Of a stretch of 64,000 nucleotides of DNA, positions 1-18,163 are shown one piece after another. The translations under genes and the position numbers were made by a program. The notes below the pieces were generated by a model. It was not told the origin of the DNA. It saw nothing but the letters and a program-made list of their open reading frames with translations, and searched no databases. Each line of letters opens with the position of its first letter. Position 1 is the stretch's first letter. This DNA is from Dictyostelium discoideum (taxonomy: Eukaryota): NCBI GenBank assembly GCA_000004695.1, contig CM000153.2:288001-352000 (forward strand). Reading direction: 5' to 3'.

Positions 1-1740
1 AAAATTGATGACCAACAACAGCAGCAACAACAATATATTAATCAACAACAAGAAAATAAAAATGAAATTAAAAACAAAGATTTAAAACAACCTCAAAAAT
101 CAACCGAAAACATAGAACAACAAGAACAACAAGAAGACCAACAAGAACAAAAAGAACAAGAAGAGGAGGAAGAAGAACGACTAAAATCACCGATAGAACC
201 AAAATCACCAATAGAACAACCGAAATTAGTATCAAAATCAAAAAAAGAAGATAATAAAAATTTATTTGAGAAATCACCATTTTTTGAACCACAAAGACCA
301 GTGATTGATTTTTCAGATCCAGTTTTATTAGAACCAATAGAGAGTAAATTACCAGGTAACTTGGAAAAGAATAAACATTTATATGAAAATGTAAAGCCAA
401 GTCCAATTCCATTATCAGTTATATTGACTGGTATTACGGTTTGTGATGTCACCGATGGTAAAGAATTACTATTGACAAGTTTATATGAAAATAAGAGAAT
501 TGTAGTTGCCATTTTCCGTAGATTCGGTTGTCTAATTTGTAGACTTCAAGCTTTGGATTTATCAGCATTGAAACCGAAATTAGATAAAATTGGCATTGAA
601 TTGGTTGGTATTGGTTTTGATGAAGAGGGTTTAGAAGAGTTTCAACAATTGAAATTCTTTGCTGGTAAAATCTATTTAGACAAAACTAGATCAGTTTATC
701 GTGCTTTAAATCTAAAGAGAAGAAGTAAGTTAACCACTTATGAATTGTTCTTAGATCCACGTGTTATGGTCTATTATAGAAGAATTAAAGAAATGGGTTT
801 CTCTTCAAATTATAGAAAGGATGGATTCCAATTGGGTGCTACCATGGTATTGGGACCAAAACCACAAGAGGCTCACTATGATTTCAGACCTCAAAGATAT
901 GCTGATATTTTCGATCTAAAAGAGATTTGGGAAGCTTGTTTAAAACCTTATCCAACCAAAGAAGAGATTTTAGCTTCTCGTAAGATTGATTTATCAATTC
1001 CAAATCCTATAACTTTAGATTTACAATTAAATTCAATCAAATTTGATTTATCAGTTTATAATAATAATAATAATAATAAAAATGATAATAATAATAAAAA
1101 TGATAATAATAATATTAGTAAAAATAGAGGTAATACTCTTTCAAATATTTTCAATTTACCTTCCAATCAATACATTACAAATACTTATAATGGTAATGAT
1201 GATATAGATGAAAATGAAGTTTATGCTGATTATGATAAAGGTGAAGATAATGATGGAGAAGATGATGAGGATTATAGTAAAAGTATTTATAGTGAAGAAG
1301 ATGATGAAGAAGATGAAGAAGATGAAGAAGAAGAAGATGAAGAAGAAGAATTTTATGAAGATGAAGAAGAAGATGATGAAGAAAGAGAAAAAATTAAATT
1401 ACCAAAACCATCAAAGAGTAGTAAAATATTACTTTCAATATTAAATTCAGTTCAAGTTGATCCATCATTATTCAGAACTGATGATAGAGTTATCTATACA
1501 GTACCATCATTAGAGTTAGAGGTTCAAGGTGATAATGATAGTTTAGCCCCAATTTCATCTGTTGCTCCATCAAAATCATCAACCTCTCAAGAACAAGAAT
1601 ATATCGATAAAATCAATAGCACCATTTATGTTCAAAGTAATAGTTTTTATAAACCTACAAAATCTTCAAAATTCATTCTCAGAGATGAAGAAGATGAAGA
1701 AAATCCATTAATTTATTGTCCTTACAAGTATAACGGATAA
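1..1740 (+). CDS. PRXL2/FAM213-like thioredoxin-fold (AhpC/TSA-like) protein, 5' partial (open to window edge)
   Basis: Frame 1 is open from nt 1 (no stop) and joins ORF 301..1740. The segment AIFRRFGCLICR...LVGIGFDEEGLEEF...FFAGKIYLDKTRSVYRALNLKRR matches the CxxC redox motif and flanking pattern of the PRXL2/FAM213 family. Q/E-rich N-terminal and acidic D/E/N-rich C-terminal low-complexity tails. Stop TAA at 1738-1740. Confidence 0.7.
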   Translation, partial: KIDDQQQQQQQYINQQQENKNEIKNKDLKQPQKSTENIEQQEQQEDQQEQKEQEEEEEERLKSPIEPKSPIEQPKLVSKSKKEDNKNLFEKSPFFEPQRPVIDFSDPVLLEPIESKLPGNLEKNKHLYENVKPSPIPLSVILTGITVCDVTDGKELLLTSLYENKRIVVAIFRRFGCLICRLQALDLSALKPKLDKIGIELVGIGFDEEGLEEFQQLKFFAGKIYLDKTRSVYRALNLKRRSKLTTYELFLDPRVMVYYRRIKEMGFSSNYRKDGFQLGATMVLGPKPQEAHYDFRPQRYADIFDLKEIWEACLKPYPTKEEILASRKIDLSIPNPITLDLQLNSIKFDLSVYNNNNNNKNDNNNKNDNNNISKNRGNTLSNIFNLPSNQYITNTYNGNDDIDENEVYADYDKGEDNDGEDDEDYSKSIYSEEDDEEDEEDEEEEDEEEEFYEDEEEDDEEREKIKLPKPSKSSKILLSILNSVQVDPSLFRTDDRVIYTVPSLELEVQGDNDSLAPISSVAPSKSSTSQEQEYIDKINSTIYVQSNSFYKPTKSSKFILRDEEDEENPLIYCPYKYNG

Positions 1741-3099
1741 AAAAATTTAATAATAAAAATAAAAATAAAAAAAAAAAAAAAATTCCACACTTCACAACAA
1801 GTTTTTTTTTTTATTGGCCTAATCGTTTTGTTAATAGTTATTTATCACATCCAATTGTTTTTGTAAAAAAAAAAAAACAAATATTTATTTAATAATAATA
1901 ATAACAAGGTGGAGAATTTTGACCAAAGAAATAGTCAATTTGGAATAAAACACATGTGGATGATATCAATACGATATAAAAAAAAAACTAAATGTTTGGG
2001 TAAAATATGTGGATTTTTGTAAAGATAATAATAAATTTAACCCCATATGGTTAAATTATTTTATTTTTGTGGAAATTATGGGTTTATCTGGGTTATTTTC
2101 AGCCAAAACGGTTCGGAAATTGACCCACATATTAAATATTCAAATCAATTAACATTTTTTTTTTTTTTTTTTAGCTGTATTAAAACTCAACAAAATTATT
2201 AATTTCATTCATTATCCAAATTTTTACAATTCTCAAATAATATAAATAAATAAATAAATAAAAAAAATAAATAAAAAAATAACAGAATAAAATTATTAGC
2301 TATTTTAATTTCTCTTCTCTTGGCCTTCCCAGTAATTGTACAATGTGAAGATGTTAAATGAATTCAAAGTTTTTGGCGACCCAGAGTTTATTTTCAAATT
2401 AACTAATGATGTAAAAATTAAAATGGCTCTAGATATTTTAACTCATGTGGAGGGTAAAATAATACCATCAAAAGAAAGTTATAATCCAGGTATGTATTAA
2501 ATTATTTATAATTAGTCCTATAAAATTCTATTTTTGAAATTTTTATTTTTTTCTTTTTCAGAATAAAATTTCCATTTAGACCCAGACACAATCCCATTTT
2601 CAAAATTTCCTCTTCACTCTGTGACACCACTACAAGCTATCTTAATCCTCACCTTAGCAGGGCATGTAGACGTAAGTGTTTTGTAAAATTTAAAAAAAAA
2701 AAGTTTAAATTAATTCTTCAAAACTAATATTTTAAATTCCAAAAAAAAATAAAATTAAATAAATTAAAAAAATATAGCAAGAATCCTCCCAGAGTAAGGA
2801 TTATAAATTTACAATATATCTATTAATTTTATAACCAATAATTATATTTTCATTTTATTTATTTAAAAAAACAATAAAGTTGTCTCTTTTGTCCATATAA
2901 TTCAGTATTAACAAAAGAAGTTAAAAAACCATAGTTTTATAATAAATTCCATTTTTAACTTTTAATAAAATTTGGGTTAATTTTTATTTATAATTATTAT
3001 TTTTTTTTTTGAATGAAAATTTTTATTATTATTAAAATATTTGTTAATTATTTTTTATCCAACACACACCATTGGTAACTTTCTATTAAAAATATTAAA

Positions 3100-3139
<40 letters not shown>

Positions 3140-3262
3140 AAAATTAATGAAACAAAAGAAAAAACAATCTTGTTGATGGTTATAATAAATATTTTTAATT
3201 TTTTTTTTTTTTTTTTTTAATTTTTTTTTATTTAAGAATTATTATATTTATGAGAGTCATTA

Positions 3263-8249
<4,987 letters not shown>

Positions 8250-8556
8250 GTCTTATATATATATAATGTTGTATTTATTTGTTTTTTTTTTCTGTTCTCC
8301 TTTTCTTTTATTTAGTTTTCATTTAAACATATATATAATGAGGAGTATTTATGTTTGTGTGTGCGTATGTTTATACTTGTATGTGAATTTAAATGTTTAT
8401 TTATATGATATAAAATAATTCTTTTTTTTTTTATTTTTTTTTTATTTTTTTTTTTTGTAAAATTAATAATTTAATCTATTTGTGATGATGATCATATATA
8501 AAATATATAAATATAAAATTTTTCAATTTAATTTGGAGGGAAAAAAAAATAATATG

Positions 8557-8596
<40 letters not shown>

Positions 8597-8960
8597 GTTT
8601 TTGTGAAATTAAAAAAAAAAAAAAAAAAAAATTAAAAAAAAAAAAAAAAATTTAAATAGGTATATAAAAAAGGAAAATGAAGTTGTTTGTTTTATTTTTA
8701 TTTTCTGAGGGTAAATGGTGATTACTTTGAAAATCAATTTTCAAATCTAACTGGATCTACACAAAAAAAAAAGAAAATATAAAAAAAAAAAAAAATAAAA
8801 AAAAATAAAAAAAAATAAAAAAATAAATGGTTTTTAAAAAAAAAAATAAAAAAAAAAAAAAAAAAAAAAATTTAAAAAATAAATTTTAAAAAAATTTTTT
8901 TTTTTCTTAATCAGTTAGATTTGGTAAACCATCAGAATAATTTTTTTTTTTTAGAAAAAT

Positions 8961-8992
<32 letters not shown>

Positions 8993-9463
8993 TAAAAATT
9001 AAAATAAGATTTAAAAAAACAATTATCACCAATTAATTTTATTTATATATGTTTGTCTTTTAAGTAATTTTTTTTATTTATCTTTTTTTTTTTTTTTTTC
9101 ATTTTTTTTTTTTATTTTTTTTATTTTGTTTCAGGCAACCTGACACCAAGTTATCAAACACTTTTTCTAAATATTTTAAACTTTTTTTTTTTTTTTTTTT
9201 TAAAATTTTAACCCAACGGTCTTTTTTTTTTTTTGGGTTTGTTGGAAGGTTTTTTTTTTTTTTTTTTTGATTTGTTTTTTTCATTTTATTTTATTTTTTT
9301 TTATTTTAACCAGCCCATAAAGTCTGATTTTTATAATTTTTTTTTAAAAGTCATTTTCCCCATCATAACCACACTATTCGATATTTTCACATAAAAAAAA
9401 AAAACAACATAACAAAAACAAAATTTTAAAAAAAAAAAAAAACACAACACATTAAAAGAATAA

Positions 9464-9692
9464 ATGCTACCATCATCACCATTTGCAATTATTTTAAGTA
9501 TAATAGGAAATATAGTATCAACAGGTACAGCATTTTCGCCAATGTAAATATACACCTTTTTATTATTATTATTATTATTTTTATTATTTTTATTTTTAGT
9601 CCCCTCTAATATAATATAATTTAATCCAAAAATAAATAAAAGAAAAAATTTTTTAGAAATTGACAAAAATCGAGATGTTGGTAAGTAAAAAA

Positions 9693-9775
<83 letters not shown>

Positions 9776-10211
9776 CGTCCCTCCCTCACCATTTTTAAAA
9801 TAAAAATTAAATTAATATTAATTTTACAAAAAATAAAATAGGAAATAATAATATTTATCCAATTATAGCATTATGTGGTAATTCATTATGTTGGGTAGTA
9901 TATGGTGCAGTTAGTAAGCAAATGTCAATTTTACCTGTGAATGTAATTGGGTTATTTATAACAAGTTATTTTATATTTATTTTTATATCAGCAACTAGTG
10001 ATTTAAATAAACGTCGTTTCCTATCAGCAATCTATTATGGTTATTTAGGAGGTTTAACAATTTATCATTTATTAATAGTTTTATATGTAGAATCAATTGA
10101 TACCCAAGATTCAATTTTTGGTATCACTTCAAATGTTGCTGTTTTAATATTTTATGGTTCACCAGTTTTATCATTAGTAAGTAATAGTAGTTGTAATAGT
10201 AATAGTAGTGG

Positions 10212-10282
<71 letters not shown>

Positions 10283-10660
10283 ATTATTGTAATAATTAAC
10301 AAATTTATTATTATTATTATTATTATTATTTAGTATGGTGTAATTAAATCTAGGGATAGAAGTTCAATAAATTTACCATTGGCATTAGTTAGTTGTTTTG
10401 CAGGATTAACATGGACATTATATGGTATTGTAATTAATAATAAATTTATATTTGTACCAAATGCAGCTGGTGCATTATTATCAGCAATATCACTGGTAGT
10501 TTACTTTTTAGTTGGTTATTTAAATACTTTAAATTATAGAATGAAATCAGAACAAACTGATGGTACTTCACAAGATGTAGCATTAATAATAAATCAAGAA
10601 GAACAACCTGATATTATTTTAAGAAAAGATGAAGAATATGAAGAAGAAATAAAAATATAA
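9464..10660 (+). CDS. SWEET / MtN3-saliva (PQ-loop) sugar transporter, 4 exons, ~248 aa
   Basis: Exons 9464..9524, 9657..9680 (24-nt microexon, EIDKNRDV), 9842..10176 and 10334..10660. Phases are 1/1/0 and consistent. Spliced product: ...IGNIVSTEIDKNRDVGNNNIYPIIALCGNSLCWVVYG... plus second repeat VIKSRDRSSINLPLALVSCFAGLTWTLYG. Spacing and motifs parallel human SLC50A1 and plant SWEETs (two MtN3 repeats, 7 TM). Donor 1 is a non-canonical GTACAG chosen by homology/phase; the others are GTAAGT. Confidence 0.7.
9698..9775. repeat. 78-nt uninterrupted poly(dT) tract inside SWEET intron 2
   Basis: Homopolymer T run seen directly between donor gtaagt (9681) and acceptor (9841). Confidence 0.9.
10210..10282. 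repeat. (GTT)n microsatellite (~24 units) inside SWEET intron 3
   Basis: Perfect gtt repeats between donor 10177 and acceptor 10333. Confidence 0.9.
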
Positions 10661-11056
10661 TAATAAAAAAAAAATAAAAAAATAAAAAAAAAATAAAAAT
10701 AATAAAAAATTTATAAATTATAAAAAATTAAATTATTGTATATATATATATAAATATAGAATATTTATTTATTATTGTTTTTTTTTTTTATTTTTTATTT
10801 TTTTATTTTTTTTTTTTTTATTATAGATATTATTTATTATTTAATAAAAAGTTATTCAAATTTGGAAAATAAATTAATTTTAATTTTTTTTTTATTTTTT
10901 TTTATTCAAATTTGAATTTTTTTTATTTATTTAAATATCCTTTAATACAAAACTTAATTATCTAAAAATATAATAAAATAAAACTATTTCTTTTAATCTT
11001 TTTTTTTTTTTTTTTTAATTATATAATTTAAATTTAATTTTATTTCCAAAAGTTTT

Positions 11057-11092
<36 letters not shown>

Positions 11093-11098
<6 letters not shown>

Positions 11099-12622
11099 AT
11101 ATTTTTTGGCATAATGCATTGGTGGTATATTCGGATGTTCAACAGCTTCAAAAGTTGTAATTTTAATTTTATCTTCAGTTATATTTATAAATGAGCCAAG
11201 ATTACCAGATTGATCACAATAATTTGGAGCAGAGAAAACAGTGATGAGAGAACCATCATCATCGATTTGATAACCTTTTTCTTTAACTTCATGAGATCTA
11301 ATGATAGTTGATAGATTATTTTCCTTGAGGAAACGTCTGGTGACATCAGGTCCAAAGTAAACACCTACACCTCTTGAAGAAGGAGCAATACCAGGATTTG
11401 ATTGAGGATCAGACCAAAGTAAGCATTGAACCAATTCATTATCTTTTGGATCTGGTGCATTACGTTTAATCTTTCTAATATCGTCAAGTGTGACACCATC
11501 CTTACCAAACAAACCACCATGTACCACCATAAACGATTCATCCAACACGAATGCCAATGGGAACCAATTGAACAACTCTGAGAATAGATCGAATACCATC
11601 TCACTGTATTTTGCAACCACTTCGCCTTGGAAACCATAGAAACGATTCATATCGGTTGTCTCATGGTTACCCCTTGTCAAATGCATATGATTTGGGTACA
11701 ATAATTTATAAGCCAATAGAGTGATGATAATTTCAAAACTAAAACTACCCCTATCCACAAAGTCGCCATTGAAAAGGTATGGTTTCTCCTCTGATGGTGA
11801 TCCATTAATCTTAAATATATTCAAAAGATCATAGAATTGACCATGTGTATCACCACAAATCGTTATATTCATTGTTGTATCATGATCAATATCCACCAAT
11901 GTTGGTAACTCTTTCATCATCTCAAATGATTGTTTCAATATCTTACAAACATATTTCTTATGTACACTCTTTTGTCCTTTCATCCATTCAATCATTTCAT
12001 TAACAAATTCAATTGTAATCTTTTCACTTTCAAATTTTGGTCCTTTATATGATTCTTCAACATCTAAAAATTTTAAAAAAATTAAAAAATAAAAAAAAAA
12101 AAAAAAAAAATTAATTTCTTTTCTCTCTCTCTCTCTTTCCCTCTATTATTAATTATTTTTACTATACTACTTACTCATTGAATTAATATCTAATTCTTTA
12201 AAATATGATTCAGGTGTAATTAAAATTGCATCTTCAAATAATTTTGCTTTAATTAAATTATTACAAAGATTTAATTTAATCTTTGCATCATTTTCTTTTG
12301 GATTCTTTGTTAAGAGTTCTTTGAAAAAGTGTTTTGCTTCTTCAAAATTTCTTAATGCTAAATGTGCACTACCTAAACGATAATATGCTTTTATGTAAGT
12401 TGGATCCATTTCATGAGAGGTTTGAGCATCTTGTAATGCATTTACATATAACTCATTCTTAAAATTTGAAAATGATCTATTTGAATATAAAATTGCTGTT
12501 GGATGATATTTAATTGCTTTTGTATAAACTTCTGCTGCTAAATCATATTTTTGTTCTATAATTATTAAAAAAAAAAAAAAAAAAAAAAAATTAATATATA
12601 TATGTGTTTAAGTAATTTTGAG

Positions 12623-12653
<31 letters not shown>

Positions 12654-12864
12654 TATAGAGATTAAACTTACCACTAAAATGTTTATTTGCAATTGCTTTA
12701 TATTCATCAGATTTTTTAATACATTCTTCTTTTGAAAGTGTTGAAGGGTCAGTTTCTTTGTCATCTTTATTTAATTCAGCTGCTGCATCTGGTTGTGATA
12801 AGGTTGAATTTTCATTTGATTCCTTTTTTCTTCTTGGAAATTCAAGAGTTTCAACTTTTGTCAT
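11093..12864 (-). CDS. Serine/threonine protein phosphatase 5 (PP5; TPR domain + PPP catalytic domain), 3 exons, ~514 aa
   Basis: Exons 12864..12672, 12555..12175 and 12063..11093. Donors are G|GTAAGT and A|GTAAGT; phases 1/1 are consistent. The TPR region (ANKHFSGEQKYDLAAEVYTKAIKYHP...YIKAYYRLGSAHLALRNFEEA) and catalytic region (ICGDTHGQFYDLLNIF...GDFVDRG...LTRGNHE...SAPNYCD) are collinear with PP5/PPT, down to the C-terminal ...FEAVEHPNIPPMHYAKKYF. Confidence 0.88.
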
Positions 12865-12920
12865 TTTTTATTTTTTCTTTTATATATCCAAATAAAAAAA
12901 AAAAGATATGAAAATAAGTT

Positions 12921-12958
<38 letters not shown>

Positions 12959-13106
12959 AAAAAAAAAAAAATTTCATAAAAAAAAAAAAAAAAAAAAAAA
13001 AAAATTAAAATTAAAAATAATTTTTCATTTTTTTTTATTTGGAGGTTTTGTTTGAAAATAACTTTGTAATTTAATATTTTTATTATTGGCTTATATAGTA
13101 ATTTAA

Positions 13107-13137
<31 letters not shown>

Positions 13138-13717
13138 AAGTACTGTTTTTATTTTCAATTTTGATAATAAATTTGTTCTATTAATAAATATTCAGATATA
13201 TATATAAATAAATTCATTAAATATTAAGTTTTAATTATTTATATAATTAATTTTCATAAACTGTAGCAGTGTTTTTTTTTTTTTTTTTTTCAATTAAAAA
13301 CAATAGAGAAAAAAAAAAAAAAAAAAAAAATCATTTCACAATATCTAACCTAAGAGATTTTAGAAGATGTTTATAAAAAAAATTAAAGTGACTTTTTTTT
13401 TTTTTTTTTTTCCTTGTTTACTTTGAAACAAGAAAAAAAATTAAAGTGACTTTTTTTTTTTTTTTCTCAATTTTTTAACCGATCACCATTTTTTCTATTT
13501 TTTTTTTTTTGAAATTTAAAAGATATTTTTTTTTTAATTTTTTTTTTTCAAAAATCAATTAACAATAAAACCCAAATTTTTTTTTTTTTTTTTTTTTTTT
13601 TTCAAAAATCAATTGGGAGAAATTCCAATATAGTACCTTTTTTAAATAAAGGGGAATTTTAAATTCCACCACACATACAACCACCACTCTACAAAAAAAC
13701 TTTAAAATACCAAAATA

Positions 13718-14135
13718 ATGGCCAGTAAAAGTAAAAGTAGTAATAGTAATAGTTGTAGTAGTAATAGTAGTAGTTGTAATAATAATAATAGTAATAAAAA
13801 TATAAATGATTTTGAAGAAATTGAACAACTCTTTTTTAAGGGTAAATCATTTTGTTTAGATTTTCCAACATCATTAGGACCAACCAAGAAATCACAATAT
13901 ACTCAATTCATTAAAAAGAATGGGGGTAAAATTGATTTCTCAATTACTTCAAAAACCAATTACTACATTACACATCTTCCAAATATTGAATCACAATCAT
14001 CTAGAACAAAAAATGCTTTAAAATTAAATATTGGTATACTTTTAGATACTTTTATTTATAATTGTTTTGATAATAAACTTAATTCATTAGATTTTATTAA
14101 TTATCTTTATATTAATGGTATTGTAAGTTAATTAA

Positions 14136-14181
<46 letters not shown>

Positions 14182-14379
14182 TCACAACCACCACAATCAA
14201 CCACAAAACATATTTCCAAAATCTTCAAATTATAAAAATAAACTAATTCCAGTTCTCAATTTTTTTTTTAAAAAAAAAAGCCAGCAAATCAAACAATAAA
14301 TGAAAATATCATTGAAAATTCAATTTCTGAAACATACTTTGTTCTTAATAATATTTTATCAACATTCAAACAACAAACT

Positions 14380-14415
<36 letters not shown>

Positions 14416-15846
14416 TCATCAACATCATTAAATACTATTAATATTAATACTATTAATAATAATTGTAATTATGGCATTGATGACAAAGAAATCTATGAAG
14501 AAGAATATGAATCAAGTGAATTAAGTTATGGTTTAGATATGTTTGAAGAATCATCATCATCATCATCATCATCAATATTCTCACCAGTTTCATTAATTTC
14601 CACAACACAACCATCACCATCATCATTATTAACATTTACCTCATTAAATTCAAATTTAACAAGCAATTTATATGAATCAATTACAAATGATTTAAATAAA
14701 CCAAGTAAACCATTATCAAAATTTGAGTTATTACTCTTACAAAAGAAAGAGAATAATGAAAAAAAGAAATTGGAAATTCAAAAGATTGAAGAAGAAAAGA
14801 AAAGAATTAAAGATGAACAAATTGAAATAAAGAGAAAAGAAAGACAAGATAAATTAGACCAATCTCAAAAAGAAAAACAAATTAAAATTGAATCTGAAAA
14901 AGAAAGAAGAAAATTAGTTTTAGAGAAAACAAAATCAACTTTAACACATGATCAATTAATTAAATTAACAAAATCAAATATTACAATTACCAATACAAAT
15001 AATACAAATACAAATACAAATAACAATAAAAATAAAAATAATAAATTAAAATCAACATCATTTGGATTACAAATTGATCATGAAGGTATTAGAATTAAAA
15101 AGGAACAATTAAAATTAGAAAGATTAAAAAAAATTGAAATTGAAAAAGAAGAAAAGAAAAGAGAAAAAGATGAAAGAACAAGATTATTTCATGATAATAA
15201 AAATGAATTGGAAAGAATTGAAAATGAAGAGAAAATAAGAAAACAAAAAGAAAGTTTAGAATCATTTTTAAAAAGACAAGAAAAAAGATTAGCAAAAGAG
15301 AAAAAAGAACAAAAAGAAAAAGAAGATGGTATAATTGATTCAACTACTACCATAAAAGAATCAGAACCAGAAGTTGATGAAGATTTAAGAAAATTATTTG
15401 TTGGTGGTATTAATTGTGATGATATTACTGATAGTAAAATTGTTAAAGATTTAAAGAAATTGGAAAAAATTCGTGATAAAAGAATTCAATCATTATTAAA
15501 ACTTTTTGATAAATTTGGTAAAGTTCAAAAACGTACTATTAATTCATCAAAAGGTTTATTCTTTATCACTTATGTCGATATTGAAAGTTGTACAAAAGCA
15601 ATTCAATTTTATTCAATTAAAGAAAATAGAAAAGCAGCAATTGACGAAATCTCAAAATTACCAAAAAAATCACCACTTTATAATCCAAATAAAAAATTCT
15701 ATGTTAAAATTGTAAAATCAAATGAAAAAGCTAAAAAGAAACAAATTTTTGATAAACAAAAAATTGAAAATCTTAAAGCCACTGCTAAAAATGAATTACA
15801 AAAAGAACAAGATGCTGAATTTGATGATTGGGAAATTGCAAAATAA
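13718..15846 (+). CDS. Uncharacterised protein with N-terminal BRCT-like domain, long E/K-rich coiled-coil region and C-terminal RRM-like domain; 2 exons
   Basis: Exon 1 13718..14122 ends at donor GGT ATT|GTAAGT. Exon 2 14281..15846 follows acceptor ..aaaaag| in the same frame (phase 0). BRCT-like: FKGKSFCLDF...FIKKNGGKI...YYITHL. RRM-like: LFVGGI...KGLFFITYVDIESCTKAIQFY. Confidence 0.55.
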
Positions 15847-15937
15847 AAAAAAAAAAAAAAAAAAAGAAATAAATATTATTTTTTTAATTATTAATTATTA
15901 TTTTTTTATTATTTTTTTATTATTTTTTTTTATTTTT

Positions 15938-16342
15938 TTAAAAAACAAATTTTTCTTTTTCATTTATTTTAATAATATCTTCTTCATCATATTGTTTACA
16001 AAATTTTTCTAAATAAACTGATCTTGGTGAAACTTCTTGTTTTTTTGGATAAATTCCAATAATGTATGCTTTATTTGTTTTAATTAAAATACAACCATGT
16101 TTTTCGTTTTGTGCATATACTTTATTATTATCGATATTATAAATTAAAAATTCTTCACCAATTATTTTTATAATTTTCCATTTTTTAATATTTTTAAAAC
16201 CTTTTATAATTGCATCACTTTCTCCAATTTGTGGTGATTTATTATATGCTATTGAACTACCATCATATCCTATTACAAATGATGCATAAAATAAATTATT
16301 TTCTAAAAATTCTCTATAAAATTTATCTTTTCTTTCAATCAT
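15938..16342 (-). CDS. Profilin (actin-monomer-binding), single exon, 134 aa
   Basis: Aligns along its whole length with profilins: ASFVIGYDGSSIAYNKSPQ ~ SAAIIGQDGSVWAQSQNFPQ, and ...KHGCILIKTNKAYIIGIYPKKQEVSPRSVYLEKFCKQY ~ ...[37 protein letters not shown]. Confidence 0.8.
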   Translation of the reverse strand: MIERKDKFYREFLENNLFYASFVIGYDGSSIAYNKSPQIGESDAIIKGFKNIKKWKIIKIIGEEFLIYNIDNNKVYAQNEKHGCILIKTNKAYIIGIYPKKQEVSPRSVYLEKFCKQYDEEDIIKINEKEKFVF

Positions 16343-16997
16343 TTTTTTTTTTTTTGTTTTTTAATTTTTAAAGAAATTTTTCTATTTTTATTATTACTAC
16401 TATTATTGTTATAGTTATTTTCGAAATAATAATAATAATATTTAAAAAATAGAAATAAAATTAAAAACAGGGAAAAAAAAAAAAAAAAAAAAATATTTGA
16501 ATGTGTTAATTTAATTTGAAAGTATGATTTTGTTATTAATATTTTAAAAAATTATTATGAAGCAATAAAAATATGTTTTCTTAATTGTAAAATTATATAA
16601 AGTTAAATTTATACATACTGAAAGTTTTTTATAAATGAATAAATAAAAAAAAAATATTTTTTTTTTTCTTTTTTTTTTCTTTTTTTTTTTTTCTTTTTTT
16701 TTAAGTTATTACTAATTTTATAAATAAATAATCAATTTAAAAAAATCTATAAAATGAAAAATTAAAAAATAAATTGATTAAATGAAAAAAAAAAAAATAA
16801 AAAAAATATTTTGTTAGTTGGAAATAATTAAAAAAATAATAATTATGTACAATAATTAAATACCTGATTGTAAATTTAGTTGTAGTAATAGTAATAGTAA
16901 TAGCTATACAAACCCTCTAGATTTAAATTATACTGTAATTAATATTTTTTTTTTTTTTTTTTTTTTTGAATTAATGATGTATTATGATGAAATAAAA

Positions 16998-17035
<38 letters not shown>

Positions 17036-17327
17036 TTTTATTTTTTTATTTTTTTATTTTTTTTTTATTTATTTTTTTTATTTTTTAATACATACATACA
17101 CATATGTAGGGGTAAAATATAATTTAAATTTACCATTTGTGTTTATTATATAATTTTTTTTTTTTTTTTTTTTGATTATTGGGTGTTCGATAATGGGGTT
17201 GGAAAAAAAAAATTAAAGTTCCCACAGTTTTTCTCAATACCAACTTAAGAAAATAATTAAATTAAATTTTTTTTTTTTAATTTAATTTAATTATACCTCT
17301 TAAAGGTAATCCATACAGACTAAATTA

Positions 17328-17395
<68 letters not shown>

Positions 17396-17706
17396 TTATA
17401 ATTTTATAATTATTTAAGGAAAAAATAAACCTACTCATAATCTCAATATTAAAGATTTATTAAATTTTTTTATTAAATATCACATACACTATGGGTTTAC
17501 CAGTTTTTTTTTATTCGAATAAAAAAAAAAAACCGTACACATACACAAATTCAAATTATTTTAATTTAAAACAAAAAATGAAAATGGGAAAAAAAAAAAA
17601 AATAACAAATTAAAATAAAATAATAAAAACAAATATTCGTTCACACTAACAACAACAATAAAAACAATAACAATCAACAATAAAATCAAAAATAACAATA
17701 ACAGCT

Positions 17707-17744
<38 letters not shown>

Positions 17745-17803
17745 ATTATTTATTTTTTTTTATGTGTGAGTTAGATTTATTTTATTAAATATTAATATTT
17801 GAT

Positions 17804-17836
<33 letters not shown>

Positions 17837-18100
17837 GGATGATACCATGATACATCACCTACACTTCAAAATAATGACAATTCTCTATCTATAATGTATA
17901 AACCAAAATAATTATCAACAAGTTTATTATAATAATAATAATAATAAAATTATTATAATTATATTGTTGAAAATAAACTATTTATTATAAAATAATATAT
18001 ATATTTATATATATATATTTTTTTTTTCATCTTTTTATTTTATTTATTTATTTTTATTTTTAATATTAAACTTACAACAAATATTATTTGATTATTTGAT

Positions 18101-18134
<34 letters not shown>

Positions 18135-18163
18135 CTTTTCTTTTCCTTTTTAATTAATAATGA

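Noticed and set aside
68-512. Minus-strand ORFs 68..412 and 93..512 antisense to the first gene
   Set aside because: Low-complexity (L/V/S-rich) translations of the antisense of an E/Q-rich coding region. No start context and no conservation: antisense artefacts.
1208-1444. ORF 1208..1444 (+) with M/K-rich translation
   Set aside because: An alternative frame of the acidic GAA/GAT repeat region inside the 1..1740 gene. An artefact of repeat composition.
2340-2700. Slightly GC-richer patch with ATG and gtatgt/gtaagt-like signals; possible tiny 2-exon gene
   Set aside because: Every splice combination I tried hits a stop within a few codons of the junction. No ORF of 60 aa or more, and no recognisable motif.
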